From the NCBI GenBank assembly GCA_963575745.1, contig CAUYUJ010000001.1:3038001-3102000 (forward strand): 64,000 nucleotides of DNA, given 5' to 3'. Positions 12,901 through 24,654 of the stretch are shown one piece after another. The number at the start of each line of letters is the position of its first letter. Within the stretch, counting starts at the first letter, position 1. The notes beneath the pieces were generated by a model. That model worked only from the letters and a program-made list of their open reading frames with translations. It made no database searches and had not been told where the DNA came from. The translations under genes were made by a program, and so were the position numbers. The stretch is from Prorocentrum cordatum (Eukaryota).

Positions 12901-13670
12901 TACGGCCTCGCAAGTTCGATGCTTGCCGCAATCGATTGCCATCGAAAATCTCCGTGCTGATCTACGCTGGCCTTTCCTTTGCGGTGGAGCTCGAGAAGAA
13001 CCTGAATATTTGTAGCGACGCGTTCGGTATCGGCGCCTGTGTTCAAAGCTTCCTGGATGTACGCTGCCAATCCTGGGAACTTTACGTCGACTTGCCACCG
13101 AATAACTCGCCACCTGAATCCGTGCGCCACTGCATCTGCATAGTCCGAGTTGACCGCCCTCACTTTGTCGAGTGACAAATGCCCGTCCGTAGCGAAGTCG
13201 TCCAAGAAAGTTGAACAAGCATGGGAAACCGCGTTCAGTCCTGCAACCGTGTGGCTGCCAGCCACGCTGAGGAAATGAAGGTTCTCCTTCCGAACTGGGC
13301 TCAACATGCCGTCGCTGCTGGCCGCCAGCTTGTGATTCCAGGTGAAGGGCTCATCGGACCGAGGGTCCACTTCGAAGCACACCGAGCCGATCGTCTTCTC
13401 GCCGATCCATCCTTGCTGCAACACCCTATTCACCAGGCAATGCACGTCGTACGGGTCCAGGCCGTCCCCGTCGCGATTGGACATGTGGGGCCGAACCTCG
13501 TCGTTAGGGATGATGCGGTCGTAACACAGGTCGTGCGCTTTCAGAACCTTGAGCAAGTTCTCGCACTTGGAACCGAGCTGGCCCACCTGCACGTTCTGGG
13601 AGCCCATGGCCGCGAGCGCCTGCGTCACCTCGCCATCCACAAGTTTGAGGTTATCCTCAACCGACGGCAT
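9945..13670 (-). CDS. Large protein with ParB/Srx-like N-terminal region and SET-like C-terminal region; exons ~13670-12027, ~11614-11561, ~10562-9945
   Basis: N-term VRPHMSNRDG..DVHCLVNRVLQQGW...SVAGSHTVAGL resembles ParB-N (PxNR..L..I...G / GxHR). Last exon APFWEV...VNM...VPCLINSKVVAKDTALL resembles the SET C-terminal N...I..GEEL pattern and ends in PKRKR (NLS-like). Internal exon boundaries are uncertain and include a possible GA donor. Confidence 0.6.
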
Positions 13671-13747
13671 GGGCCTGGCACAGAAGTCAACCGTGGAGCC
13701 CGCAAGAGAAGCTCGGGCACAGCAACTCACAAACGGAATCAATGCAA

Positions 13748-13771
13748 TTTGATCAAAAATGTGGCGACGGT
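13748..13771 (-). promoter_or_regulatory. Degenerate DinoSL relic
   Basis: ACCGTCGCCACATTTTTGATCAAA, about 80 nt upstream of ATG 13670. Confidence 0.7.
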
Positions 13772-13825
13772 ATAGATGAAATTGCAGAAGTGCGACCTGT
13801 TTTCTGGGAGGGGGCACCCCGTCAG

Positions 13826-13882
13826 CTCTCATGGGCATCGTTTCTGGATGGGCTGGTGGACATACGCGAAGCGTGGAGAATT
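13826..13882 (+). mobile_element. Helentron-type 3' terminus (subTIR GGGCTGGTGG + ACGC-GAA-GCGT hairpin + AATT)
   Basis: Matches reverse-complement copies at 63935-63991 and 56424-56458. Confidence 0.6.
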
Positions 13883-14269
13883 CCCAACGTGGGGGTCTGA
13901 TTTTCGAAAGAGGTATTCGACTTTTCTGTGCTCGCCCGCTGGATTCTTGGGAGGGGGCACTCAAAATTCCTTGGCCCCCCCTCTGGGTTTTCCAGCCCAA
14001 ACCACGCATATGGAGGATAGCTAAGTAGGTTAGCAGCTTCCAAAACAGGTTAGCCGATCCAGCCTATCCACGTCTATCCTACATACGTTGGGTGCCTCGG
14101 GCTCTCTATGTAGATACTATCTGATCCATCTACTTCACCCAAACTGTAAGTGATATCGATGGATAGAAGTATGCTTAGAGAGGTTATATCTTAAGATCGA
14201 CGACTTGCTAAGTATGTTATAACCTACTTATATCCTACTGATCTACTTACTAACCACAGCGGTGATCCC

Positions 14270-14735
14270 AGTGGGCGCCGGCCGGGCATCCCGTCCGGGG
14301 CGCCTGGGCGGCCGCGGCGTCCGGGCGTCCGGGGCGCCCGGGCGGCCGCGGCGCCCGGGCGGCTGGGCGCCCCGGCGTCTGGGCCGCCCGGGCGTTCGAG
14401 CGCCGGGCGCTGCTGGGCGTCCGGCGGCTGGGCGGTTGGGCGCCGTCTGGGCATCCCGGCGTCCCGGGCGTCCGGGGCGCCCGGGCGTCCGGGCTGCCCG
14501 GGCGTTCGGGCGCCGGGCGCTCTGGGCGTCCGGGCGGCCCGGGCGGCCCCAGCGTCCGGGCGTCCGGGCGGCTGGGCGCCGTCCCGGCATCCCGGCGTCC
14601 GGACGTCCGGGGCGCCCGGGCGGCCGCGGCGTCCGCAGGCGGCTGGGCGCCCGGGCGTCCGGGCCGCCCGGGCATCCGGGCGCCGGGCGCCCCGTGCGTC
14701 CGGGCGCCCCGGGCGTCGGGGCGCCTGGGCGGCCC
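14270..14735. repeat. GC-rich 8-mer satellite (GGGCGCCC/GGGCGTCC)
   Basis: Tandem degenerate 8-mers; same family at 18295-18787. Confidence 0.9.
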
Positions 14736-14749
14736 GCTAGGGAAAGGTG

Positions 14750-15161
14750 ATCGCGAGTGTGCTGCGACATTGATTTCCTGAGAAAAGGCACGAAACCAAG
14801 AACTCCTTGCGCTAACACCCATATGAGGCCAACCGGATTGATATAGTGAAACCGAACCTCGCTGCCATCTTTCATTGCCAGCGCAAAGCACTCGATAAGG
14901 TGCCCAAGCGGCGTCTCCAGAGGCAAAACATTTGGTTCATGGTTGTCACGGGATGCCTCTTCTAAAATACGGGGCAACTCAGCCTTCGAAACCGTGAGGT
15001 GATTCCCTATACTTCGATTCTGAGTCTTTTCTTTGGGGACATGTTCAACGAGCCGATTTTTGAGCCGGAAACAATCGAGGTGAGGAAGGGGAGGGGGAGG
15101 ACACTTGCAAAATACCAAATCCAAACACGCGTCAAGAAATTGTGACCGGGAGACGGCCATG
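14750..15161 (-). pseudogene. Fragment of a second CMC-like transposase N-terminus
   Basis: ETPLGHLIECFALAMKDGSEVRFHYINPVGLIWVLAQ aligns by eye with DTSFGPVLVEKRLGSSDVRAWFQHPFAWLEAA of the 1-1417 gene. It is cut off by the satellite before the YxDE motif. Confidence 0.5.
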
Positions 15162-15654
15162 TTCAAACGATTGCTAAATTGATCGCGGCACCTGCCATAA
15201 CTGCGCCCTGGTGAGCCTACGCGAAATGAGCGCCCCTCAATTTCATTGGTACCCTTTCCTTCGTCATAGATTGTTTGGCCCCTTGCATGGTAAATCAAGT
15301 TAAGTCGTACCTAAATCTACAGGCGGCCCATTGTATCTGTACTGTTTTTTGTTGCGCGAGCGTTTTTTTTACATTCGCCGATCCTTTCGTATCATCAGAA
15401 CACCACCCGAGCTAAACCACTTACAAATGACCTATCAAATTGCCCATTGACTTGTATGTGTTTGCAACTGGCGACAGAGCTGTAAATTCTTAGTTACCTA
15501 ACAGCTCTTGCTGATAGGCTTCTAGTGGGCTCAAAAGAGAGCATCTTGACGCCCCAGAGGGGGTCTGGGCGGGAACCGGACAGAGGATCCTGCAGATCCG
15601 GCAGCCCCAGGTACCCTTAAAAATCCTCAGGAATTATGAGGAATCCTCAGGAAT

Positions 15655-16135
15655 CCATTCCCAGAACACAACTCCCAGGCCACATTTTGATTGCCTGGAG
15701 CCAACTGTAGGCCACTTCGCGTTCTTCGTCTTTCCAGAACACCGTTCCCAGGCCACATTTTGAATGCCCGGAGCCAATTGTTGGCCTCTTCGTGTTTTTC
15801 GTCTTCCCAGAACATTATTCCCAGGCCGCACTTTGAATGCCCGGAGCCAACTGTAGGCCACTCCGTGTTCTTCGTGATCCCAGAACACCATTCCCAGGCC
15901 ACATTTTAAATGCCCGGAGCCAACTGTAGGCCACTTCCTGTTCTTCGTGTTCCCAAAACACAATTCCCAGGCCACATTTTGAATGCCCGGAGCCAACTGT
16001 AGGCCACTTCGTGTTCTTCGTCTTCCCAGAACACACTCCCAGGCCACATTTTGATTGCCCGGAGACAACTATGGGCCACTTCGTGATCTTCGTGTTCCCA
16101 GAACACCAGTCCTGTGCCATATTTTGAATGCCCGA
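15655..16135. repeat. 73-bp tandem repeat, about 6.5 copies
   Basis: TCCCAGGCCACATTTTGA recurs at 15673, 15746 and onward; further copies at 25090-25270. Confidence 0.95.
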
Positions 16136-17850
16136 GCTGAGGCAAGCTGAGGCCCAGGCTGGCTGAGGCCGAGGCAGGCTGAGGCTGAGGCCGAGGCACG
16201 CCGAGGCAAGCTGAGGCTGAGGCTGAGGCAGGCTCAGGCTGAGGCAGGCTGAGGCTGAGGCTGACGCAGGCTGAGGCCGAGGCCGGCTGAAGTTGAGGCC
16301 GAGGCAGGCAGACGCAGGCTGAGGCTGAGGCAGGCTGAGACTGAGGCTGAGGCAGGCTGAGGCTGAGGCTGAGGCTGATGCAGGCTGAGGCTGAGAGGCT
16401 GACGCTGAGGCAGGCTGAGGCTGAGGCTGAGGCAAGCCGAGGCAGGCTGAGGCTGAGGCTGAAGCTGAGGCAGGCTGAGGCTGAGGCTGAGGCTGTGGCT
16501 GAGGCTGAGGCAAGCTGCGGCTGAGGCAGGCTGAGGGCTGAGGCTGATGCAGGCTGAGGCTGAGGCAGGCTGAGGCTCAGGCTGAGGCCGAGGCTGAGGA
16601 GGCAAGCCTGAAGGCTGGCTGAGGCAAGCTGAGGCTGAGACCTGAGGCTGAGGCTGAGGCTGAGGCAGGCTGAGGCTGAGGCAGGCTCAGAGGAGGCAAG
16701 CTGAGGCTGAGGCCAGGCTGAGGCTGAGGCTGAGGCAGGCTGAGGCTGAGGCTGAGGCCTGATGCAGGCTGAGGCTGAGAGGCTGACGCTGAGGCTGAGG
16801 CAGGCTGAGGCTGAGGCTGAGGCTGAGGCAGGCTGAGGCTGAGGCTGAGGCTGAGGCAGGCTGAGGCTGAAGCTGAGGCAGGCTGAGGCTGAGGCTGAGG
16901 CAGTGGCTGAGGCTGAGGCAAGCTGCGGCTGAGGCAGGCTGAGGCTGAGGCTGAGGCAGGCTAAGACTGAGGCAGGCTGAGGCTGAGGCTGAGGCAGGCT
17001 GAGGCTGAGGCTGAAGCAGAGGCTGATGCAGGCTGAGGCTGAAGCCGAGGCAATCCGAGGCAGGCAGGCTGAGGCTGAGGCTGAGGCAGGCTGAGGCTGA
17101 GGCTGAGACAGGCTGAGGCTGAGGCTGAGGCAGGCTGAGGCTGAGGCAGGCTGAGGCTGAGGCCGAGGCAGGTTCAGGAGGATGAGGCAGGCTGAGGCTG
17201 AGGCTGAGGCTGAGAGGCTGAGGCTGAGGCTGAGCTGAGGCAGGCTGAGGCTGAGGCTGAGGCTGATGCAGGCTGAGGCTGAGGCAGGCTGAGGCTGAGG
17301 CTGAGGCTGAAGGCTGAGGCTGAGGCTGAGGCAGGCTGAGGCTGAGGCTGATGCAGACTGAGGCTGAGGCTGAGGCAGGCTGAGGCTGAGGCTGAGGCTG
17401 ATGCAGGCTGAGGCTGAGGCAGGCTGAGGCTGAGGCCGAGGCTGAGGCTGAGGCTGAGGCTGATGAAGGCGGTGCTGGGAAGAGTGACGCTGAGGCTGAG
17501 GCCAGCTGAGGCTGAGGACCGATGCAGCTGAGGCGAGCTGCAGGCTGCGCTGAGGCCGGCTGAGGTGAGGCTGAAGCTGAGGCAGGGATGAGTGAAGCTG
17601 AGGCTGTGGCTGAGGCTGAGGCAAGCTGCGGCTGAGGCAGGCTGAGGCTGAGGCTGATGCAGGCTGAGGCTGAGGCAGGCTGAGGCTGAGGCTGAGGCAG
17701 GCTGAGGCTGAGGTTGAGGCCGAGGCAGGCTGAGGCTGAGGCCGAGGCAAGCCGAGGCAGGCTGAGGCTGAGGCTGATGCTGAGGCAGGCTGAGGCTGAG
17801 ACAGGCTGAGGCTGAGGCTGAGGCAGGCTGACGCTGAGGCCGAGGCAGGC
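16136..17850. repeat. (GAGGCT)n/(GAGGCAG) microsatellite
   Basis: 1.7 kb tract; a shorter one lies at 19680-19805. Confidence 0.97.
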
Positions 17851-18022
17851 GAATCCTTCGGAATCCTTAGGATTCCCTAGGAATACTTAGGAATCCCAAG
17901 GAATCCCTAGGAATCAGGATTCCTAAAGATTCCTAAGGTTTCCTAAGGATTCCTATGGACTCCTAAGGATGCCTTAGGAATCCCTCGGAATCCTTAGGAT
18001 TCGATTGGATTCCATTGGATTC
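17851..18022. repeat. Palindromic GGAATCCTTAGGATTCC-type 10-mer repeats
   Basis: GGAATCCTTA and TAAGGATTCC units in both orientations. Confidence 0.85.
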
Positions 18023-18026
18023 TAAG

Positions 18027-18171
18027 GCCGTTGCCACTGCGACTTTCGTTGCGAATGCGACTGCGACTGCGAGAACAGCAGAATTCTACAACTGGATTCC
18101 CACCTGAATCTTAAGGGGGATGCTTCCAGATATGCTTATACACATCGCTGTTAGGTTGCTTTGCCGGGATA
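18027..18171 (+). repeat. ~140-bp dispersed repeat, second copy at ~19818-19951
   Basis: Both copies share GCCGTTGCCACTGCGACT...GCTTCCAGATATGCT...CACATCGCTGTTAGGTTGCTTTGCCGGGATA and follow GAGGCT tracts. Confidence 0.85.
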
Positions 18172-18294
18172 CTTTCTTCTGGGTTATACGATGGGTTGTC
18201 GTAGTTATATGTAGGCATGCATGTGACTTCCAAATGTGCTACATGGAGGCACCCGCAAAGTACCACCTATACTCCAGGCGTTTCCTGGGCGTGG

Positions 18295-18787
18295 CCCGCT
18301 GGGCGTCTGGGCGATTGGGCGCCCATTGGCGGCGTCCGTGCGTCAGGGCGCTTCAGGTGCCCGGGCGCTTGGGCGTCCGGGCGCCCGGGCGCCCAGGCGT
18401 CCACGCGCCCGGGCGTCCGGGCGTCCGGACGTCCGGGCGCGGGCGCCCTGGGCGCTTCTGGCGCCCGGGCCTGGCCCGCTGGGCGCCCGGGCGCCTGGGC
18501 GCCCGGGCGTGTCCGGGCGTCCGGGCGTTCCGGCGCCCGGGCGTCCGGGCGTCCGGGCGCCCCGGCGCCTGGCGCTCAGGCGTCTGGGCGTCTGGGCGCT
18601 TCAGGCGCCGGGGCCTCCGGGCGCCCCGGAGCCCCGGAGCCCGGGCGTCTGGGCGTCTGGGCGTCCGGGCGTCCGGGCGCCTGCCGGTGCTCGGGCGTGC
18701 GGGCGTCCGCGCGTCCGGGCGCCCGGGCGCCCGGGCGTCCGGGCGCCCGGGCGCGCGGGCGTCTCGGCGTCCGGGCGCGGGCGCCCT
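18295..18787. repeat. GC-rich 8-mer satellite
   Basis: (GGGCGTCC/GGGCGCCC)n. Confidence 0.9.
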
Positions 18788-19954
18788 GCTTTGGTGATGG
18801 CGTTGACATATGTTACATGCTGCATGTATGTTACTTCTTCTTACTTATATCTAGCATCTTCATCAAAACTAGTTTACTTATATCTTACTTATATGTCACT
18901 TATATCTAATTTATAAGTCCGATAAGTCTGCTTTTTCGTATGGAAAATAAGGGGCGGGGGCGCTTTCAAAAACGCGTCGGCGTCGCCATCGATCCGTGCA
19001 GCCTGCGGGGCCCCGCCCCCGCCCCCCTCCTCTCCGTCCCTCCTTTTCCCCAGGCGGGATGCCGCCAGGCGGGCTACCGCCGCGCGAACGCGATTTTTTA
19101 CAACAGGCGGCCCACCGCCAGGCGGTGCACCGCCGCGCGCGCGTTTTACACCAGCGCGCGGACCGACCCGTCCTCGGCTCGGCGGGTGCACGCCGCAGGC
19201 GCCCGCGGGGCGTCCTCAGCAGCCAGCGCGCCGCATCCTATGGGGCGGCGGCGTAGTGGGCCATCCCATCCTCCTCGTCCCCCTCCTCCTCCTCCTCCTC
19301 CTCCTCCTCTCCTTCCTCGTCCCCCTCCTCCTCCCCTCCTCCTCGTCCCCCTGTTCCTCCTCCTCCCCCTCCCCCCCCTCCTCCCCCTCCCTCCTCCTTG
19401 CACAGCTTGGCCCCCGGGCCGCCCGGGCGCCCGGCGCAGGCCGCGGCCAGTCCAGCGGCTCGTCGTGGGTTTTGGCGCCCCGCGCGTTCGCGCCACGCAG
19501 TGGAGGGCCGCGGCGTCGCGCCTCGGCCGTCGGGCCCGGGCCGCGGGCGCCCCGGGCGGTTCAGCGGACGACCTGGCCAGCTGTCGCCTGGGCCTGGCCA
19601 GGCCACGCGCGAGCCTCGGCGTTCCCGAGCGGGCCTCCGGGGTCGCCCCCCATGCCGGGCGCGGTGACCAGGCCCATGCTGAAGCAGACTGAGGCTGAGC
19701 TGAGGCCGTCTGAGGCTGAGGCTGAGGCTGAGGCAGGCTGATGCTGAGGCAGGCTGAGGCTGAGGCTGAGGCTGAGGCTGATGCAGGCTGAGGCTGAGGC
19801 AGGCTGTGACTGCGACTGCCGTTGCCACTGCGACTGTCATCGCGAATGCGACTACGACTGCGAGAACAGCAGAAATCTACAACTGAATCTTTAAGGGGAA
19901 TGCTTCCAGATATGCTCCTACACATCGCTGTTAGGTTGCTTTGCCGGGATAATT

Positions 19955-20430
19955 AGCAGAAGCACCTTTTCGCTTTTCCGACGCTCCAAAACAGTCCAAG
20001 AAGCCCCGAAGACCGCCTTAACGCAGCCCATGAGGGCCCAACAGACCCCAAGACAACCCAAGAGGGACCCAAGACGGCCCAAGAGACACCCAAGATGGCC
20101 CAAGAGGGCCCTAAGACGGCTTTAAGAAGGGGCCCAGACGGGGGATCCGAACGGACTATTTGGGCCCTCGGCCCCGAGAGGCCCCCAGGAGGCCCCAAGA
20201 GGCGCCCGGGAGGCCCCCAAGACGCCGCCAGAGGCCCCCAAGAGGCCCCCAAGAGGCTCCCGAGGGGCCCCCAAAGCCCCCCACGGCCCCCAGCAGGCAA
20301 TGAACCGGGCCCCAACAGCCTCAGAACTGCTTCCAGGAGGCCACCAAGAGACGTGCCACGAGATCCGAACGAACTGTTCAGATGCTTCAGTGAGGAGCGC
20401 CAGACGCCTCCAGGACGACCCCGGATGGCC
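19955..20430. repeat. Dispersed GGCCCCCAAGA-rich repeat family
   Basis: Degenerate 11-mer-based units also at 32240-33010, 34100-34500, 42997-43560, 56160-56420, 57060-57380 and 58820-59190. Confidence 0.8.
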
Positions 20431-20451
20431 AGTTGTCGTCGCCGAGTTCGT

Positions 20452-20509
<58 letters not shown>

Positions 20510-20529
20510 GCGAAGGTGACATGAACACC

Positions 20530-21130
20530 TCAGCTCATGACATCTCAGAGTCCACAGTTTACGAGGACGTCATAGGCGAACGTGGCTGGACCACCATAGG
20601 ACAGGGCATGAGGTCAGAGTTGCAAGGATATCTCAGGCCAATGTGTCCTGACCACCTCAGCTCAGGGCATCTCGGAATCCAGGGTTCCCCGGATGTCCCA
20701 GGCGAAAGTGGCCGAGCCACCATGGAGCGTGGTATCTCTCAGGTCAGAATTGCGAGGATGTCTGAGGCGAAAGTGGACTGACCACCCCAGCTCAGGGCCT
20801 CTCGGAACCCAGAGTTTCGAGGATGTCCCAGGCGAAAGCGGCCAGACCACCAGGGGGCAGAGCATCCTCGAGGTGAGAGTTGCGAGGATGTCTAATGCGG
20901 AAGTGGCCTGACCACCTGAGCTCAGCGCATTTCATCACCCACAGTTGCAGGGCTGTCTCAGGCGAGAAGCAATGACCACAATCAGGCAGGGCATCTCAGA
21001 GGTCAGGGTTGCGAAGATGCCTCAGGCAAAGGTGGTCACACCACCTCAGCTCAGGGCATCTCGGAAACCCGAGCTGCGATAATGTCATAGGCGAAAACGA
21101 CCGGACCACCATGGGGCAGGGCCACACCAC
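20530..21130. repeat. ~129-bp tandem repeat, 4-5 diverged copies
   Basis: GACCACC.CAGCTCAGGGC.TCTCGGAA recurs near 20650, 20780, 20910 and 21040. Confidence 0.85.
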
Positions 21131-21501
21131 CTCCGAAGTGTTTGGATATCTCAGCGGTGCTTGCGTCGTGCACCTTCCTCGCATGGGCTATTGCTTGGAC
21201 CTCGCATGGCCAAGCCCTGCTCTGCACCATCCCTCTTGTGCGCCTTGCCTTGTACGCCCTCACTCTGCTCGAACCCGTTCATTCTATTAGAAGTAGGATC
21301 GGCCGCGGCCATCCGACGCCCCAAAGGAACACACTTAGGCTTTCCTCCTCCCCTGTCCCCCTCTTGTTGACTCCATATGTCCTCGTGCATATCTTGTTCC
21401 CAAACATCCTGTGGTGTTGGGTCCTCGTTTTGAATAGACAGCGCCCCGCGTCTTCTCCTTCCTTCCTTCCTCCTCCCCCTCCTCCCTCCTCTACAATTAC
21501 A

Positions 21502-22218
21502 CAATATGAAAATACTCTCCCACTTCCCCTGATGGCGTCCCGAAGATATCCGACCCCCCCCCCCGCGTACTGTTTTTTCACACACAAGATTCCCGGGAAA
21601 CGGGTTTTCGCCGGCGTTTTTTTTTTTCAAAATGCTGCTCTCGCTGAGGCGCCGGCCTCATTTCTGCTCCCGAATCGTTCCGAATCGTGCTCCCGCTGCA
21701 GCGTGGGCCTCATTTTCGGATCGGTGTTTGGCCTCCGTCGTTCAGGATGGCGTTCTCGCCCCAGCGCGGGCCTCTTTCTCGCGCGCCCATCCGCCCGCCA
21801 CCACCGCGCCGCACCACCACCACCACCACCACCACCACCACCACCACCACCACACCACCACCACCACCACCACCACCACCACCACCACCACCACCACCAC
21901 CACCACCACCACCACCTCCACCACCACCACCACCACCACCACCACCACCACCACCACCACCACCCCCAACCACCACCACACCCAACACCACCACCAGCAC
22001 CACCAGCACCAGCACCACCACCACCACACCCACCACCACCACCACAACCACGCACACACGCACGCACGCACGCACGCGCACCACCACCCACTACGCACGC
22101 GCGCGCGGAGCCACAGGTCCGCTACGACACGTGTCCGCGGATAGAGAAAATCAGCGCCATGGTAAGGGATGGGAGGGAGGGGTAGGACGTCAGATATGAC
22201 GCGAGCGCACCTAGCTTG
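21502..22218 (+). repeat. Dispersed element with (ACC)n core, copy 1
   Basis: Unique arms are near-identical to 61298-62139. Confidence 0.9.
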
Positions 22219-22282
22219 CCTCCTCCCCCTCCTCCCTCCTCCCCCTCCTTGCCTTTGCTCTCGGCACACCTCTCACACGATT

Positions 22283-24190
22283 CGTAGCCCCATAGGGAGC
22301 TCCACCGAAGGCCCCACTGGGGGTGTTCGCATGCGGGTCCCCCACCCAGGGCAGCGTTTCGTGGCCCCATATGGGGCTCCACCGAAGGCACCACTGGGGG
22401 TGTTCGCATGCGGGTCCCCCACCCAAGACAGCGTTTCGTGGCCCCATAGGGAGCTCCACCGACGGCCCTAGTGGGGGTGTTCGCATGCGGGTCCCCCACG
22501 CTGGGCAGCGTTTCGTGGCCCCATAGGGAGCTCCACCGAAGGCCCCAGTGGGGGTGTTCGCATGCGGGTCCCCCCACCCAGGGCAGCGTGTCGTGGTCCC
22601 ATAGGGAGCTCCACCGAAGGCCCCACTGGGGGTGTTCGAAGGCATGCGGCGTCCCCCCACCCAGGGCAGCGTTTCGTGGCCCCATAGGGAGCTCCACCGA
22701 AGGCCCCACTGGGGGTGTTCGCATGCGGGTCCCCCACCCAGGGCAGCGTTTCGTGGCCCCATAGGGAGCTCCACCGAAGGCCCCAGTGGGGGTGTTCGCA
22801 TGCGGTTCCCCCACCCAGGGCAGCGTTTCGTGGCCCCATAGGGAGCTCCACCGAAGGCCCCAGTGGGGGTGTTCGCATGCGGTTCCCCCACCCAGGGCAG
22901 CGTTTCGTGGCCCCATAGGGAGCTCCACCGAAGGCCCCAGTGGGGGTGTTCGCATGCGGTTCCCCCACCCAGGGCAGCGTTTCGTGGCCCCATAGGGAGC
23001 TCCACCGAAGGCCCCAGTGGGGGTGTTCGCATGCGGGTTCCCCCACCCAGGGCAGCGTGTCGTGGCCCCATAGGGAGCTCCACCGAAGGCCCCAGTGGGG
23101 GTGTTCGCATGCGGGTCCCCCGCCCAGGGCAGCGTTTCGTGGCCCCATAGGGGGCTCCACCGAAGGCCCCACTGGGGGTGTTCGCATGCGGGTCCCCCGC
23201 CCAGGGCAGCGTGTCGTGGTCCCATAGGGAGCTCCACCGAAGGCACCAGTGGGGGTGTTCGCATGCGGGTCCCCCACCCAGGACAGCGTTTCGTGGCCCC
23301 ATAGGGAGCTCCACCGAAGGCCCCAGTGGGGGTGTTCGCAGGCGGGTCCCCCACCCAGGGCAGCGCTTCGTGGCCCCATAGGGGGCTCCACCGAAGGCAC
23401 CACTGGGGGTGTTTGCATGCGGGTCCCCCACCCAGGACAGCGTTTCGTGGCTTCATAGGGAACTCCACCGAAGGCCCCACTGGGGGTGTTCGCATGCGGG
23501 TCCCCCACCCTGGACAGCGCTTCGTGGCCCCAAAGGGAGCTCCACCGAAGGCCCCAGTGGGGGTGTTCGCATGCGATTCCCCCACCCAAAGGCAGCGTTT
23601 CGTAGCCCCATGGGGGGCCCCGCCGAAGGCCCCAGTGGGGGTGTTCACATGCAGGTCCCCCCACCCAGGGCAGCGTTTCGTGGCCCCATAGGGAGCTCCG
23701 CCGATGGCCCCAGTGGGGGGGGGGGGGGGTCGTACGCGTTCTTCACTCAGGGCAGCGTTTCGTGGCCCCATAGAGAGATCCACCGAAGGCCCCACTGGCG
23801 GTGTTCGCATGCGGGTCCCCCACCCAGGGGCAACGTTTCGTGGCCCCATAAAGGGGGCTCCACCGACGGCCCCAGTTGGGGTGTTCGCAGGCGGGTCCCC
23901 CACCCAGGACAGCGTTTCGTGGCCGCATACGGAGCTCCACCGAAGGCCCCAGTGGGGTTGCCCGTTCCCCTACACAGAGCAGCGTTTCGTAGCCCCACAG
24001 GGAGCTCCACCGAAGGCCCTAGTGGGGGTGCCCGCATGCGGTTCCCCCACCCAGGGCAGCGTTTCGTGGCCCCATAGGGAGCTCCACCGAAGGCCCCCAG
24101 TTGGGGTGTTCGCATGCGGTTCCCCACCACCACCACCACTGTGGCAGGCCCTTCACACAGTTCGTGGCCCCATTCGGAGCTCCACCGAGG
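22283..24190. repeat. 77-bp satellite array 1, about 24 copies
   Basis: GTGGCCCCATAGGGAGCTCCACCGAAGGCCCCAGTGGGGGTGTTCGCATGCGG...CAGGGCAGCGTTTC in tandem. Confidence 0.97.
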
Positions 24191-24319
24191 ACCATGTTCA
24201 CAACTGCGGTATGCACAACTGCATATGGTTGGGTCCCTCGCCATGCTAGTTTTTCCCCACATCCAAAATGGGGTTCTTGTTTTCTCTGGACACCCCGCGC
24301 AGAAACAGGAACCCACCAT

Positions 24320-24640
24320 CATCATCATCACTCATTCTTCACTCATTCACTCATCATCCCCCCCCACACACTCACTCACTCACTCACTCACTCATACACT
24401 CACTCACTCACTCACTCACTCACTCAGTCACTCACTGATTCATCATCATTCACATATGAGGATGATGATGCTGCTGCTGATGATGATGATGATGATGATG
24501 CTGATGATGATGATGAGCGTGCGCGTGAGAGAGTGTGATGATGATGATGATAATCATCATCATCATCATCATCATCATCACCAGTCAGTCAGTCAGTCAG
24601 TCAGTCACTCACTCACTCACTCACTCACTCACTCACTCGC
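24320..24640. repeat. Compound microsatellites (CACT)n, (GAT)n, (CAT)n, (CAGT)n
   Basis: Direct reading. Confidence 0.9.
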
Positions 24641-24654
24641 CTTGGGCCTCGTCT

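Noticed and set aside
15815..17850. PQ/AS/LS-repeat proteins
   Set aside because: Translations of the (GAGGCT)n microsatellite.
18027..19951. LTR pair
   Set aside because: Short, no TG...CA ends, no PBS/PPT and no coding interior.
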